Below, piece after piece: positions 22,646 through 35,920 of a DNA stretch of 64,000 nt. The translations under genes and the position numbers were made by a program. The first letter of the stretch is position 1, and each line of letters begins with the position of its first letter. Location: NCBI RefSeq assembly GCF_000143415.4, contig NW_003314371.1:343798-407797 (forward strand), in the 5' to 3' direction. The notes beneath the pieces were generated by a model, which saw nothing but the letters and a program-made list of their open reading frames with translations, was not told the DNA's origin and made no database searches. This stretch comes from Selaginella moellendorffii (lineage: Eukaryota; Plantae; Lycopodiophyta).

Positions 22646-24379
22646 TTGAGCGCCCAAAGGAATGATGACGTGGCGCTCGCCAGGCCGTTGGATCGGCCAC
22701 TCCTTCTCCCTCCTCCCGGAAAGATCTTCCGCGAATGGTGCAAGCCTTCTTCCTCCTCCCGGATGATTAGAACAGAGTCCAAGAGAAAGAGGAAGCTCGC
22801 CAGCGGCGCTGCCAGCAATCTCGAGTGGATTCTCGCCGTAAACGCGAATCGACAGCCCGATCTCGACACCGCTAGCTGCGCCGACCTCATCGCGGCCTGT
22901 GGAGCGGCCAGAGATCTCAATCGCGGCAAGCGCATCCGCGATTCCATCATCCAGAGGAGCCCAGCGCTGCGAGAATGCGCCTACCTCTCTACCCGCCTGA
23001 TCGAGATGTTTGGGCAGTGCGAGAGCGTGGAGGACGCGCGCAGGGCTTTCGACTCCATGGCTGGCCGGGACAAATACTCGTGGAACGCGCTCCTTCAGGC
23101 ATATGCCCGGAATGGGCATCTGGAGAGCGCCAAGAATCTCTTCGACCGGATGCCACACAGGGATATTTACACATGGACGGCGATGATGAACGCATCCGCG
23201 CAATCCGGACAGTTCCAGCTATCCACATTTCTTTTCAACCAGATGCCGTCTAGGGACATCGTTCCATGGACGGTGTTTATCACTGCACTTGCCAAGACCG
23301 GGGATATTCCTAAAGCTGGGGAATTACACCAAAAGATGCCCCAATGGAGCATTTTCTCTTCCACGGCGCTAATCTCTGCATACACGGAGAAGGGTTACGT
23401 TTCCCAAGCTAGAGAAATTTTTGATACTATGCCATACAAGACCGTCGTAACATGGAACGCTATGGTAACAGCCTATGCCGCAAACCGGCATATTGTTGAC
23501 GCCAAGTGGGTGTTTGACAGTGCCACGGAGAGGAACGTAGTGACGTGGACTGTCCTCGTGGCGGGACTTGCGGAGTTTGGCCATGCTGACGAGGCTGCCG
23601 GGATGCTGGAAAAAATGCCACGTAGAGACACCGTGACTTGGAATGCCGTGATGGCAGCATTTGCCCGTCAAGGGCATTTGGATCAAGCACAGAAACTATT
23701 TGAAAAGATGCCCGAGAAGAACACTGTGTCTTACAATGAGGTTCTGGCAGCATTGATCGAGCAAAACCGGATGGACGAGGCCAAGAGATTTCTCGAGAGG
23801 ATCCCAGATCCAGACGTGATCTCATGGACGACGCTGCTAGCAGGATTTGCCCGTTTGGGGCATCTGGGCGAAGCTCAAGCTCTCTTCGATCGGATGCCGC
23901 TACAAAACGTGGTTTCGTGGACTACCATGGTCGCGGCCTATGCCAGAAACGATCGCGCAAGCGACGCAGTGGAGATCTTCCAGTCTATGGATCTGGAAGG
24001 GATCAAACACGACGAGGTAACGTTCTTGGACATCCTCACGGCGTGCGCGCATCTCGGCCTCGTCGATCATACCCGGTTCTTCTTCCTGTCAATGTGCCAG
24101 AACCGAGGCATCGATCCGCTGCTCCACCACTACCTCTGCGTTGTGGACGCTCTCTCTCGCGCCGGGAGGCTGGGAGAGGCCGAGGAGCTTCTCTGGAGCA
24201 TGCCTTTCGAGCCCGAGACCGAGGCGTGGACGACACTGCTGGGAGCTTGCCGGATCCACGGCGACGCCGATCGTGGAGCTCGGATCGGGCTTCTGATCCT
24301 CGAGCTCAATCGCGATCGAGAAGCCCATCGAGGAGCACCTTACATGCTCCTGTTTGGAATCCATGCCGAGGGAACGTAA
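22646..24379 (+). CDS. PLS-class pentatricopeptide repeat protein with E domain (true start uncertain)
   Basis: Tandem ~31-aa motifs (A..LFDRMP..NVVSWTTMVAAYA) and an E-domain HYLCVVDALSRAGRLGEAEELL..MPFEP..AWTTLLGACRIHGD; no DYW. Confidence 0.93.
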   Translation: MSAQRNDDVALARPLDRPLLLPPPGKIFREWCKPSSSSRMIRTESKRKRKLASGAASNLEWILAVNANRQPDLDTASCADLIAACGAARDLNRGKRIRDSIIQRSPALRECAYLSTRLIEMFGQCESVEDARRAFDSMAGRDKYSWNALLQAYARNGHLESAKNLFDRMPHRDIYTWTAMMNASAQSGQFQLSTFLFNQMPSRDIVPWTVFITALAKTGDIPKAGELHQKMPQWSIFSSTALISAYTEKGYVSQAREIFDTMPYKTVVTWNAMVTAYAANRHIVDAKWVFDSATERNVVTWTVLVAGLAEFGHADEAAGMLEKMPRRDTVTWNAVMAAFARQGHLDQAQKLFEKMPEKNTVSYNEVLAALIEQNRMDEAKRFLERIPDPDVISWTTLLAGFARLGHLGEAQALFDRMPLQNVVSWTTMVAAYARNDRASDAVEIFQSMDLEGIKHDEVTFLDILTACAHLGLVDHTRFFFLSMCQNRGIDPLLHHYLCVVDALSRAGRLGEAEELLWSMPFEPETEAWTTLLGACRIHGDADRGARIGLLILELNRDREAHRGAPYMLLFGIHAEGT

Positions 24380-24388
24380 CCCGGATCA

Positions 24389-25921
24389 TCAAAAGGTGGC
24401 GGTCTTGGTTCCTCCATAGATGTTGGAGAGAAGAACATAGCTTGGAGCACAGCCAGGATCCAGCGCCAGTATGATTGTCTCAATCCTTGCCGCGCGCTTG
24501 GAGTCCCGGTGGATCTTGCAACCCGCTAGGAGCGTCGTCCAGGTGATGATCTGGGGGACGAAGGGCATGGAGTTGACGAGCTCCTCAGCAGCGTCCATTC
24601 TCCCAGCACGCCCAAGAACGTCGATCACGCAGTGGTAGTGCTCCAGGATTGGGGTCACGCCGCGGTCCAGGATCATCCACAGGAACTGCTGGACGCTCTC
24701 CTTGACGAGCCCCGTGTGGCTATGCGCCGTGAGGACGCTCACGTATGTGATCTCGTTGGGCCGCGACGATCCATCCTGCTCCATGACCTTGAAGAGATCG
24801 AGAGCTGCAAGGAACTCGCCGCTCTGGACGTATGCCGCCAGCATCGCGTTCCAGGAGATAACGTTACGATCCGGCATGGAATCGAAGAGCTTCCGAGCTT
24901 GCAGCAAATGCCCCTTTTGAGCATACGCTGCAAAGATCGCGGTCCAGGAGACCACATTGCGATCTCGCATTGTATCAAAGAGGTTCTTAGCCTGTTCCAA
25001 GTTTTGGGTGTTGACATAGAGCTGGATCATGGAATTCACAGCTTGGAGGTCCTGTTCCGGCATTTCAAGAAAGAGGTTTTGTGCTTGTAGCCAATGCCCA
25101 CACTGGGCAAATGCGGTGACCATAATTGTCCAAGCTATCACAGTTCTTCCCGGCATGGCATCGAAAATTCGCTTAGACTCCTCTACTCTCCTGTGCTGCG
25201 CATGGATCTGGAGGAGCGCCGTCCAGGAGATCGAATTCCTCTCGCCCATGATCTCAAACAGCGCTCGCGCCTCGCCAAGATGCCCATTTTGGGCAAATCC
25301 CACCATCATCGTCGTCCACGACGCCCCATCCTGATAAGGCATTCGCTCAAACACCGCCACAGCCTCTAGGGTTCTTCCAGTGCCCATGAATGCCGCGCAC
25401 AGCGCGTTCCACGACACGAGATTCCGGCGCTCCATGCTCGCGAAGAGGCGGCGCGATTCCCCCAGGCGGCCGCGCTGGGCATTGGCCGTGATGAGCGAGT
25501 TCCACGACACCAGATCCCTGTCGGGCGAGCTCTCCAGCATCTCGTGCGCGCGATCGAGGTCGCCGTTGATCGCGTAGGCGTGCGTGATGATGTTCCAGGA
25601 GAATCGATTGGGCGCCGCGATGCCGTCGAACACCATGCGCGCCTCGTCCACGCTGCCGCACCGGCTGTACATCTCGATGAGGAGATTCGCGAGGTAGCGA
25701 TTGGCGTGGTGCTCGCCCTGCCGGATCCGCGCGTGGAGCTTCCGCCCCTCGGCGATGTCCTTGGCCCTGCCGCAGATCTTGACAAGCTCCGCCAGGGACT
25801 GCACGATTCTCCCCATTGCTCGCCATGCTCCCCAAGAACACCAAACGAATCTGGGCCGTCTATTCTCAAGAACACCGCGAATCCGAGCCGTCCATTTTGA
25901 AAGGAAGGGGCCGAGCACCAT
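24389..25921 (-). CDS. PLS-class pentatricopeptide repeat protein with E domain (start could be ATG at 25816)
   Basis: Tandem PPR motifs; HYHCVIDVLGRAGRMDAAEELVNSMPFVP..WTTLLAGCKIH..SYVLLSNIY. Confidence 0.93.
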   Translation of the reverse strand: MVLGPFLSKWTARIRGVLENRRPRFVWCSWGAWRAMGRIVQSLAELVKICGRAKDIAEGRKLHARIRQGEHHANRYLANLLIEMYSRCGSVDEARMVFDGIAAPNRFSWNIITHAYAINGDLDRAHEMLESSPDRDLVSWNSLITANAQRGRLGESRRLFASMERRNLVSWNALCAAFMGTGRTLEAVAVFERMPYQDGASWTTMMVGFAQNGHLGEARALFEIMGERNSISWTALLQIHAQHRRVEESKRIFDAMPGRTVIAWTIMVTAFAQCGHWLQAQNLFLEMPEQDLQAVNSMIQLYVNTQNLEQAKNLFDTMRDRNVVSWTAIFAAYAQKGHLLQARKLFDSMPDRNVISWNAMLAAYVQSGEFLAALDLFKVMEQDGSSRPNEITYVSVLTAHSHTGLVKESVQQFLWMILDRGVTPILEHYHCVIDVLGRAGRMDAAEELVNSMPFVPQIITWTTLLAGCKIHRDSKRAARIETIILALDPGCAPSYVLLSNIYGGTKTATF

Positions 25922-25961
25922 GGAAAAAGCCCTAGAAGCGGGAGACTAGCTCACGGCCGGC

Positions 25962-27906
25962 ATGGAGGTAACGCGTCGTATTCTCGTTCTTTGCAGGGTG
26001 AGGGTGATCTCCCACTATTCCAGCACAGTGCTTCCAGGATTCCATGATCGATCTTCTTTCTTCTCATCCGCCATGACGGTCGTCAGGAGCAAATCCTTCG
26101 GCGGCTTTGCCTGCAAGGAGACTAAGGTCGAAATCCCAGATCAGCAGCAGGATGACGAGCTCTCGCGGCTGATTTCTCCTTCGGAATCCTTCTCCTTCGG
26201 CCACCAGCAACAGAGGCGGCGGAGGAGTCCGAGCAGCGAATTCTCGGGCCAGATCCAGTCGCAGCATTCGTTCCGCGAGGATGTCTCTCACGCAGCATCC
26301 GAGACATATCTTCTTACCAGGCTCACGTTCAAGCTCTTGAGATACTTGGGGTAAAGTATAGCGTTTTCATTGGTTTCTTCTTTCTCTTCATCTTTTCTAA
26401 CTTCTAGATCCCAGGATTGGCTATCGATGGATGGTGAAATTCATTGCCTTGAGCCTGTACGCTACCTTTCTTATGCCAGGATTTATTCAAGGTAGCTCAT
26501 TCAATCTTTCTTCTTCATTTTTTTTTCTCTGCGCTAAAATCTGGCTTTTCTTTGAGTTTTTTTATAGTTTCTTGGTACTATTACTTCTCAAAGCGAGTAC
26601 ATAGAAGCATCGTGTATGGTGATCAGCCGAGAAACAGGTGAGAGTTTCAGTTCTCGTTTTTCCTTGATTATAGCATTTTGGTTGTAGATTGGACCTTTAC
26701 TTACCAGAGAAAACTGACGGATCTAAGCCTGCAGTGGCTTTCGTTACTGGTGGCGCGTGGATTATCGGGTTGGCCTTCACCCCTTTTCTTACACGTGGAG
26801 CTGATAACTTTTACAGATACAAAGCGTGGGGAGCTCTTCTGGGTCGTCAGCTTGTCGACAGAGGGGTAATTGTTGCGTGTATAGATTACAGGTCAATCTT
26901 CTATGGTTTAAAACATAAAAAAAACAAGTTCTGATTCTTGTTGTTTGATTGAACAGGAACTTTCCTCAAGGTGGGATAAGTGACATGGTTGCCGATGTAT
27001 CAACGGCACTTTCGTTTTTCTGCAATAACATTTCGAGCTATGGTGGGAATGTAGACAGGTAATTTGCTCCCTATCCATGCATAATAGTCTAATTTTTTTT
27101 TTTCTGCGTGGCATAGGCTGTATCTAGCTGGTCAATCTGCTGGCGCACACATTGCTTCCTGCGCTCTCGTCAACCAGGCTAGGAAAGAGGCCATCCACGG
27201 AAAATGCAATCTTTTGTGGAGTGCCACCCAGTTCAAGGCCTTCTTTGGCATATCTGGAGGATACAATCTTTTCAAGCTTGTAGATCACTTTCATAATCGA
27301 GGCCTGTACAGATCGCTCTTTCTGAGGTAAGTGCTTTCCGCTTTCTTCACTTCAAAGTTAAATCTCTGATGCCTTGGTTTTTAATCCAGTGTAATGGAAG
27401 GGGAAGGATCGTTAGCACAGCATTCTCCGGAAATAGTTGTTAGCAGCAGAGAATTTCAGCCGGCCGTGCCTTTGCTACCGACCATGGTTTTGTGCCATGG
27501 GACGGCCGACTACTCAATTCCTCACAGCTCGAGGTACGCATTGCTCCTTACTGGAGAAAAACTCACTTTTATTTTTTATTTTTTCCTTTCTGCTGGATTG
27601 CAGTGTTAGCTTTGCCGAGGCACTAGGACGTGTAAATGCGAATGTGGTCACTAATTTTTACAAGGACAAGACCCACACCGACATCATCATACAGGTAGGC
27701 CTCTCTTTCGATTGTTTCCCGATGGCACGAAGCGATTACCGAATGCATTCCAGGACCCAATGCGTGGGGGCAAAGATGAGCTTCTTTACGACATACTCGA
27801 GGTGATATACCGAGACAACGAGGCCGAGGTTGATCGAGGGCGGCTGGATAGACGGATGCTGCCAGAGATTTTGCTCAAGCTCGCGAGGAAGGTGAGTCCC
27901 TTCTAG
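25962..27906 (+). CDS. ICME: Isoprenylcysteine alpha-carbonyl methylesterase (alpha/beta hydrolase), multi-exon
   Basis: [21 protein letters not shown]|[13 protein letters not shown]|[16 protein letters not shown]|YKAWG, catalytic [25 protein letters not shown]|DPMRGG, C-terminal LARKVSPF*. Confidence 0.93.
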
Positions 27907-28531
27907 CAGCACCTCCGTGATACATATGTACAATATACGATTGTATCTATCAAAGAAATCAATAGAGATGTTTGGTTTTCCTGGCGTCAAAGTGGCCCCC
28001 AAGCACTAGAAGTGAGGTAAATGCTCGCAGAATCTAGCACCACACGCATTTGAAAAAGAAGGAAGACGAAGGGTATGATTATAGCGGCGTTGTGGGGGTG
28101 TTTTTTGATGACTATATGGGGTTTTTGGAACGACAGATACGTGACGAATGGTGATGAAAGCTGATCTTGGCAATAACTCTGTCAATTGGCCACTAGAGGC
28201 TTAGACACAATCAAGAAAAAAGGTGGAAGAAAAAAGTCACGCGGGACTTTTATGTCCAAGTCGCCGCTGCTACATGAAACCTCTCTCCACTTCCATTTTG
28301 CGTGTGTTTCTTGACAACACATTCCATTGTGCCAACTTTGAGGAGTTTCCAAGTTTCTCCTAGAAAGGCTTTCTGGAGCTATGGTAAACAACGGCACAGC
28401 TGACGGGAGCAAAGCGTCACGTTTGGATGGATTTGCCTATAAATTGTGGCGACAAGGTGATCCAGATCATCATCCAGCCAAGCCGGCCTTCTCTAGTCGA
28501 GCAAAGCAAAACGAGCAAAGCCGAGAAGGAA

Positions 28532-29685
28532 ATGGCCGCGTTTTACAAGCTCGCGATTCTTGTTCTTCTTGTTTCTCTCGGCGCCACTGCCAATGCGAGG
28601 AAACGGAGTCCCAACAAGCCACCGGCGGTTCCCCCGATGGTCTTTGGCACCATCTTCTGCGACCGATGTATGGACAAGACCTTCTCGTTCACAACCATCG
28701 CCATTCCAAGTAAGTTATCTAATGTGTTCTTCCAAGAAGTTTGGAACTAGATTTGCTCTAACGCTCTTGCTTGATCACCAAAGACGTGACCGCGATCATC
28801 CAGTGCGGCGACTTCCAGGCATCCAACACCACCTCCGAGTTTGGCGTCTTCACCATCGCCCTCCCGGCGGAGGTGGCCAGCTCCCCGGCGAAGCTGGCGT
28901 CTTGCTCTGTCAAGGTGGCCAGCGATTTCTCCAGAGTCGAGGGCGATCTCGGCACTTGCAACACTCCCGTCAAGTTCCAGTTCCAGCCTTGGAGCCCGCC
29001 ATCGCCACCATCGATGCCGGCATTTCAGTCGTCGCTCAAAATTGCCCGTCCATGGCCCTTCTACAGCGCTGGGCCTTTCTTCTTCCAGCCGCCGGAACCT
29101 CTTCCATCCTGCAACGAGAATCCTTTCCGCCATTCAAAACCAGCAGTAGCCGATGATCAGGGCTCGAGCGCGGCTCCCCCTCCACACCCTGCTTTTCCAG
29201 GATTTGGAAACTTCCCACCATTCTTTCCTGGAGCCATTCCTCCGACTGCCAACAAAGTCGCTCCTCCTCCACACCCTGCGTTCCCAGGATTTGGAAGCTT
29301 TCCGCCTTTCTTTCCTGGAGCGTTTCCTCCAGTAGATCACTCGACTGCCAGCAAAGTAGCTCCTCCTCCACACTCTGCGTTTCCAGGACTTGGATGGAAC
29401 TTCCCACCATTCGTTCCTGGAGCATTTCCACCGGTAGATCATTCGACTGCCTTCAAAGTGGCTCCTCCTCCACACCCGGGATTTGGATATCCTCTGAAAC
29501 CAGCACCACACGGCTCCAACAAGGCGGCTCCTCCTCCATTTGCAAACTCTCCACCATCCTTTCCTGGAGCATTCCCTCCACATCCAAGCTCCAGCAAACC
29601 AGGAAGCGCTCCGCCAACGCATGGATCTCACTCCACTCAAGCACCGCCACCTTTCCACGGAACCAAGAAGCATCATCACCCATAA
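28532..29685 (+). CDS. Secreted Pollen Ole e 1 domain / proline-rich cell-wall protein (gene A, copy 1)
   Basis: Signal peptide MAAFYKLAILVLL; VFGTIFCDRC..T...GVFTI..C Ole e 1 pattern; one intron after ~28709; APPPHPAFPGFGxFPPFFPGA repeats; TATA at ~28437. Confidence 0.85.
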
Positions 29686-29838
29686 AAGCTCTGCAAAAGT
29701 ATATGGAACTTTAGATCATCAAAATAAACAAGCAAAGTTTTGGAGTTTACCTTGTGACCGTTTCCTCACTGATTCTTTCTCCCTTCCACTTGGCGAATCT
29801 TATAAATCCTCCTCTTCCTGTCCAAATGTCCAAAAAGA

Positions 29839-30787
29839 ATGGCGATGCTGCTCCTTCTCGCCATGCTACTCTCGCCACGACTCCTCGCGGCCAGCGCAGC
29901 GAGAGACCCCTACATCGCCGAGCTATTGTCTCCCTCGTCCACTTTCCTGCCGAGGATCGTCCTTGGCCACGCCATCTGCGACACCTGCTGGGAGATGTGA
30001 ATCACCGCCAACTCGATGCCTCTTCCCATCCTGAGCTTTGCTCGATCTCCTCTTTTTCTTGTGTGATCTGTGCAGACGTTACCGCAGCTGTCGAGTGCTT
30101 CGATGCTGGCGACCGGATCATCCTCCGAGAGACGAGTAGCACCCAACAAAACGGGAGCCTTCACGGTGGAGCTCCCGCTCCAGATCGCCTACTCGGTTAG
30201 CATGCTCCCAACATGTATGAGTCGAGTGGTGAGGGGGCCACTCAATCACTGGTTGCCGGATGGACGGCAAGTCTATGGAGTCGGGCCCTTCATGTTTCCT
30301 CACCGAGCAAAGCTCCCGCATTGCAATGGCGATCACTGGCAGCAGCAAGCCGACGCAATCCTCAATCTCTTCGCCTTCGTCGTCAGTTTTCCCTCGACTG
30401 CTACTGCTCTTTCCGAACCATCGTCTACATGGAGCGCTTCCAACACTGGAAGCGGTGGTCTCCAGGTCAACCTCTCCCTCCAAATCAGCACTTCCTCGTG
30501 TCTTCTCCCAGTTCTTGCAGCAACTTTTCCCCGTCCACTTCGTCATCTCCATCTCCGGGAATTCCAACCTTCCCATTTTCACTATTTCCGTTCCAGACTA
30601 TTCCACTCCCTTCACCATTCCTTTCCCAAACGTTCCCAGCATTTCTTTCCCAAGCGTTCCCATTCCTACGAGCAATTTTTTCCCAAGCGTTCCCATTCCT
30701 ACGAGCATTCCTTTCCGGAAGATTCCCCCAATAACCATCGGTCCGACCACTCCAAGTACACCAGCCTTGATGTTGTGAAAAGTTAGT
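29839..30787 (+). pseudogene. Ole e 1/proline-rich gene B, copy 1, pseudogene
   Basis: Premature TGA at 29998-30000 (CAA in the intact paralog at ~40136) plus internal deletions and frameshifts relative to 39980-41095. Confidence 0.85.
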
Positions 30788-30854
30788 GACTGATCGGGAT
30801 TGTCCAATACTTACAGGATCTGTATTTCAGCAAACCCCTTTCCCTGATCGATGA

Positions 30855-33800
30855 TCACAAAGCCTTGTACTGCTCGATCAACTTCGACGCATGAAGACGT
30901 GAAGATGGATTCACAGTGCAACCGAAGCTCCGAAGAAACGCAATCTACAATCAGGGTTTTAGAGGGTCTATCGGTGCATATCCACAACCTGTTTAGCTGT
31001 TGCTGGAACGGAGCCCATTGTACGCTCAGAACATTTTTGCTGGAAGTACTCCTGGAGAGGCGCCTTATCAGACGAGTAAAATAAAATAATGTGAGAACAA
31101 ACCTGTCGTTCAGCCATGTGTACTGAGCGCTCATGTGCAGGAAGTTTTTCCCACTTGACAATCTTATACAAATACAAACCGAAACAGCTTGATATACGTA
31201 TTTCCGGCCAGTAAAACTTACCTGGTCGGCGTACGCAAATGCTGCATCATCTGTCAATGAACGTTTCAACGCGTGCAATGTATCCTGGGTAAATTACGAA
31301 ATAAAAGTTGATAAAGCGTATTTCTATGAATATAAAGACCTTATTCTTCGCAGTTTTTGATCGCAGCCGCTCGTCTATAGCCAAACCAACCTACAATTAA
31401 AATGACCACCATCACAAAAGCGTGTAAAATTGGTCTTACTTTCATGAGCAGACGTTTTGGATCTTGAAAAGCGGACTTCTTAGCCCATTGATGAAATATA
31501 GATGCGATGGTAGACCTGGCTTCGATATTGAAACTACAAAAACAGCTTCGTTAGTTGCACAAAATTGATCTATCAATATTTTCACCTTCTCAAAAACGCG
31601 GACGAATCCGTTAACGCGTTCTCGTCCAAAACATCCTTGCTAGACGAGTTACACACTAAGCCTGGAGGTTGCAATACCTTAAATTTACCAGGACAGTCAG
31701 ATAACCCCTGAAAAAAATCTATGAGAACAATGGCAAGCACAAGCAGGACCTTGCCTCGAACTGCAAATGCTGTCGCGGCAATTCACTTAAGAATCGCGAT
31801 GGCTGCAAGATCTGAAAGAACAGCATCAGAAAACATTGAAAGTAAATGTGTTACAGACCTGTCTTTGTGGGTTAACCACTATATATACTATATACAATTT
31901 CTTCCTTGCGCGAGTCATTGCAACGTAAAACAATCTCCTCTCTTCCTGTAACGGAATGCCAATTAATCTACAAAGACTTCTTAGAAGAAATAGCCATACC
32001 TCCAAAGATGAAGACTCGTGAAGCAGTGGCGTTTCCAACTCGTTGGCCTAGAAAGATGAAATCAAAGCTAGCAAGAAGAGGGCAATCTTACCTTCACAAT
32101 GAAGACGCTGTCCCACTCCAGTCCCTTCGACTGCAAATACAGAGAAAATGCTAAAAGAAACATATAAAGACGATAGGCTCACACCTGATGCATTGTTGTC
32201 AACGTTACTGAATTATGATTTTCTTCTCGGCGAGTTCGAAAGTTCTCGGTCTCTCGAACAGTTATATGGTCCAGAAAATCTTTAAGAAGCACTGAGCATC
32301 CCAGCTGCCGAGAATTTGGTTTCACTTCCTCTTGAAGCCTAATATGCTTACACAGAAATTCCGAAACATCATCCAAAAGATAGTCCAACACCTGGAGTCC
32401 AACACAAGTTAGACATATTTTAAAGAAGAATGTTTGCTCACAGTCCGACAATCTTCATCCTCGTTCAAGAGCTTTCCCCCCGATTCATCCACGATTGCAC
32501 GAGATTCAAAAGCGCGTCTCTGCATAACAGGATAAGCATCTTGTTGAGAAACTTACTCTTACCTGAGGTAGCATATTCAATACAGCGGTCACTAGGCTCG
32601 ACAAAGATTGTTCCTGGTTCAAAATGCAATTCATCGTAAAAATCAGATTGCCAGGGACTGCAAACCTTGGCAGCCAAGCGTTTCACCATCTCCACGGTAG
32701 TCAGTACTTTCCGGCCTTGGCTAAGTTGGCGCCTGAAAAAGAAAAGAAAAATGTTTTGCACGCATTTATAATGCTTATGCAAGACCTGCTAAAGGTACCC
32801 GAAACTTTTGCCGTAAAAATAATCTCTGCTGCTTCAAGAAAACTACAATTTTCATTTTTTCCGTACTTTTCCACGTACTCCACTGCCTGAAAAATCCCAA
32901 TGTCTGTATAAGATAGAAAACAGATATCATACCTTCTTTGTTTCCGTTTTATCACCACCATATAACGCCTTAAATACTCTTCTTTCAAACACGGTCCCAC
33001 TTCTTCCTAAGGATGTCCACAATAAAGCAATCACGTCTTTCACAACCTACAATATGCCATGAAAGTCAGCCAACTAGAAAAGAAAAACGAGCATGGAACC
33101 TTCTTGCGGTAGACTGCTACTCCATGCATATTGAACGGAATCTTTCGACTACGGAAAGCAGATTGAAATATTTTGCCTGTGACCTGCAAGCGAAAATGAC
33201 GACAGAGAAAATAAATCAAATACACACCTGTCGTCTGTAGAGTATAGCAAAGTTTGCAAACACCGGCTTGATGTCACTGGCCATTGAAGCCTTTTCCAGG
33301 ATTTCATCGACCACAAATGCGCACTGTGCTTCTTCATTTCGGCACTCCATAACAACTATCTGGTAAACCAAAAATAGTCGGTAAAATATGTTCTGAATTC
33401 CTGATACCTTTTCTCCAAAATCGTTATCCGTTCGCACAACTTTAGCGCTGCAGCCTGAATCATTATTTTGAATGACACATCTCGCTGCTTCTACAATACA
33501 GCCAGTGGAGCGATAATTTTGGTGTAGTCTCACCTAAGCACGCAGACAACAAATCACATGACTACGTTATTTATTTCAGCTTTTTAGACCTCTTTGTGGT
33601 TTGGAAAGTCATTCCGGAATGTGGAAAAACCGAGAGAGTTGGCACCATTGAAGCTGAAAATGGACTAGCAAAAGAAAATATTAGCAGAACGTAGAGATGT
33701 CTTACTTGATCATCGTCCCCAACCACAGTGACCCTCCCGTGCAGAGAAAGAAGCCGCAAAAGCTTGTACTGCATCACACTCGTATCTTGGAACTCGTCAA

Positions 33801-35185
33801 CGAGTACATATGCCCAAGTGTTGTGACATTCCGCTGACACTGTCAAAAAAGGGTGTGAAAACGCATTGCAGTACACTGCACGCTTTTACCATCAGGGTGA
33901 TCAGTTAAAAGCTTTACAGCAAATCCAATGAAGTCATGGTAGTCCAGCGAATTGCAGGATGCCAGTATTCTTTCGTAATGCCTCAGAATATCCGCCTGCA
34001 CGGGTTTCGCTAGTAACAAGTTGTCCAAACATAGAGACAAACAAGAAATACCCCAAGATGATTTCCTGATTTCTCAATCTGCTCAGAATCCTGTCCAGAA
34101 GCTTTTGCCTGCGACAAAATTCTTAGGCTCCGACATGTCATTATAATTTTCGACACAACCTGCGTTACGAACCGCTGCCATTTTTTCGCCCGTTCTCTCC
34201 ACACTTCGGGTTTCTGAGCGTCACAGCTTTCTGTTGCTTCCAAAGCTAACCGTGTTGCCTCAATCACGGCCTTCCTTTGCTGGCTAGCTCCATAAACTAG
34301 AAACTCAGACGTCCTGTTCAACCTGCAAATCTACTGCTTAGCAAGCAGCATGACACAGGGACAGCTTACTTCTCCGCATGAGAGCGACAGAGTTGCAAGC
34401 AAAAGGAATGAAACGTCGAGATCATAAGTTCCTTGGACGCCTCCTTCCCCACCACAGCAGCGACGCGGTCCATCATCTCCGTTGCAGCAGCTGTCGTGAA
34501 GGTCATTCCTAGAATGTTCTTGGAGTCTACCCCCTGTGCCGAACCCTTGAGCTTTTTAACAAAAAAAACAAAGAGAGGACTGCATACCTCGTTTAACAAT
34601 GTCAGAATACGTGCGACCATTGTAGAGGTCTGATAAACGAATCGAAGTAGTCAGAAAAAACTAGCAATGAAAAAAAAAGTGTGTACCTTTCCACTTCCCG
34701 GCCCGGCAACAATCAGAAGTGGCTTACCAATGCTGCTCAGCGCTGCATCCCTTTGGGACACATTGAGCTTCCGGAGATACGTTGGCATGTCCGCTGCAGA
34801 ACCTCCATCGCGAGCGTCTTCATTCCTCTTGCTACAAAGCCTATCAATCTCCTCGAAAGCGTCCTCATCAAAATCGTCGAAGTCCTCAAACGCCCCCAAT
34901 GAAGTACGGGGACCAACAGTGGATACTTCTGCTTTCCCTCCACCCACAGCAGCATTCACATCCACATCCGCGAGAGGCGGCCTCACCCCGCATACCTTCT
35001 TCCTGTCAGGGCTCTTCCTGCCACGATCTCTCACCACATTTTTCCGAGAGCAAAAGCATCAATCGATACCTCTGGTCCAAAGGAGCGCCTGCGCCGACGG
35101 ATTTCCGAGCCAGCCGCGCCTTGGCAGCGCGATGGCTGGCCAGAATCCGTGCTCGCTGCTCCTCGCTGAGCACGCATCCCTGCAT
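30855..35185 (-). CDS. SRS2: SRS2-like UvrD/REP-family 3'-5' DNA helicase, multi-exon
   Basis: [14 protein letters not shown]; [19 protein letters not shown]|T (Walker A); MTFTTAAA; STFHSFC; VDEFQDTS; VGDDDQ; QNYRST; TTMHQ|SKGLEWD; [13 protein letters not shown]; C-terminal [15 protein letters not shown]. Confidence 0.92.
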
Positions 35186-35497
35186 TTCAAAACCCTAGAG
35201 CGGGAAAAACCTCCAAGGGTGTTTTGCTAAAACACTGTGGGAGACCCATAAACCCTAAAAGTAGAAAAGAGGAGAGCAATCATGGCTTCTGCTTGAAGCA
35301 ACGGATCTTTGAAAGGTAAGAAATTGCATTCTCGATTGACACAGTGATCTTCTCGAATTTTTACGTGCTACATATGAAATTTTTCCAAGTGGTATAATTC
35401 TAATCTTGCAAGTGGAGTGGAGTCTTGACCACGACGCCTGTGCACATAGGAATCGCTCCTTTCCAAATTTCAACAGGGAAAGAGGCATCGATTCCGA

Positions 35498-35920
35498 TCA
35501 ATCCAGGGACCAGATGAAAGCCCCAATTGCATACTGGCGCTTGGCTTCCAGGCCTCCCATGCTCCGCGCCGGCAGCCCATACTCCTCGAGCAGCCGATCC
35601 AGCAGCCACTCCGGCATCTGCTCGTACTCTGCCTTGGTGTACCTCGGGTAGTGAAGCGGCATCCGGAACTCGTATGGCACCGATGGATTGTGGAGCGAGA
35701 TCGCCGAGTAGGGGCACCGCTCCTTCGTCGCCCTGATCGACTCCCGATCCTTGTGCAAATTTGCCTGAGAGGATGGCGATGGCGATCCATTGAGAGAAGC
35801 AGACCTGCCGCATCGAACGATCTGCCTCAGCCTCGCGAAGGACGAAGATCGCCGGAGCTGGAAGCCCTCGGGCGGCGAGCCTCCTCCTCCAGCGCTCACG
35901 GAGCCCAGCAGCATCACCAT
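35498..35920 (-). CDS. Small plant protein with conserved FxMPLHYPRY..MPEW..DRLLEEYGL..KRxYAIGAFxW domain (function unknown)
   Basis: Intact 140-aa ORF; paralogs at 46027, 47227 and 49167. Confidence 0.85.
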   Translation of the reverse strand: MVMLLGSVSAGGGGSPPEGFQLRRSSSFARLRQIVRCGRSASLNGSPSPSSQANLHKDRESIRATKERCPYSAISLHNPSVPYEFRMPLHYPRYTKAEYEQMPEWLLDRLLEEYGLPARSMGGLEAKRQYAIGAFIWSLD

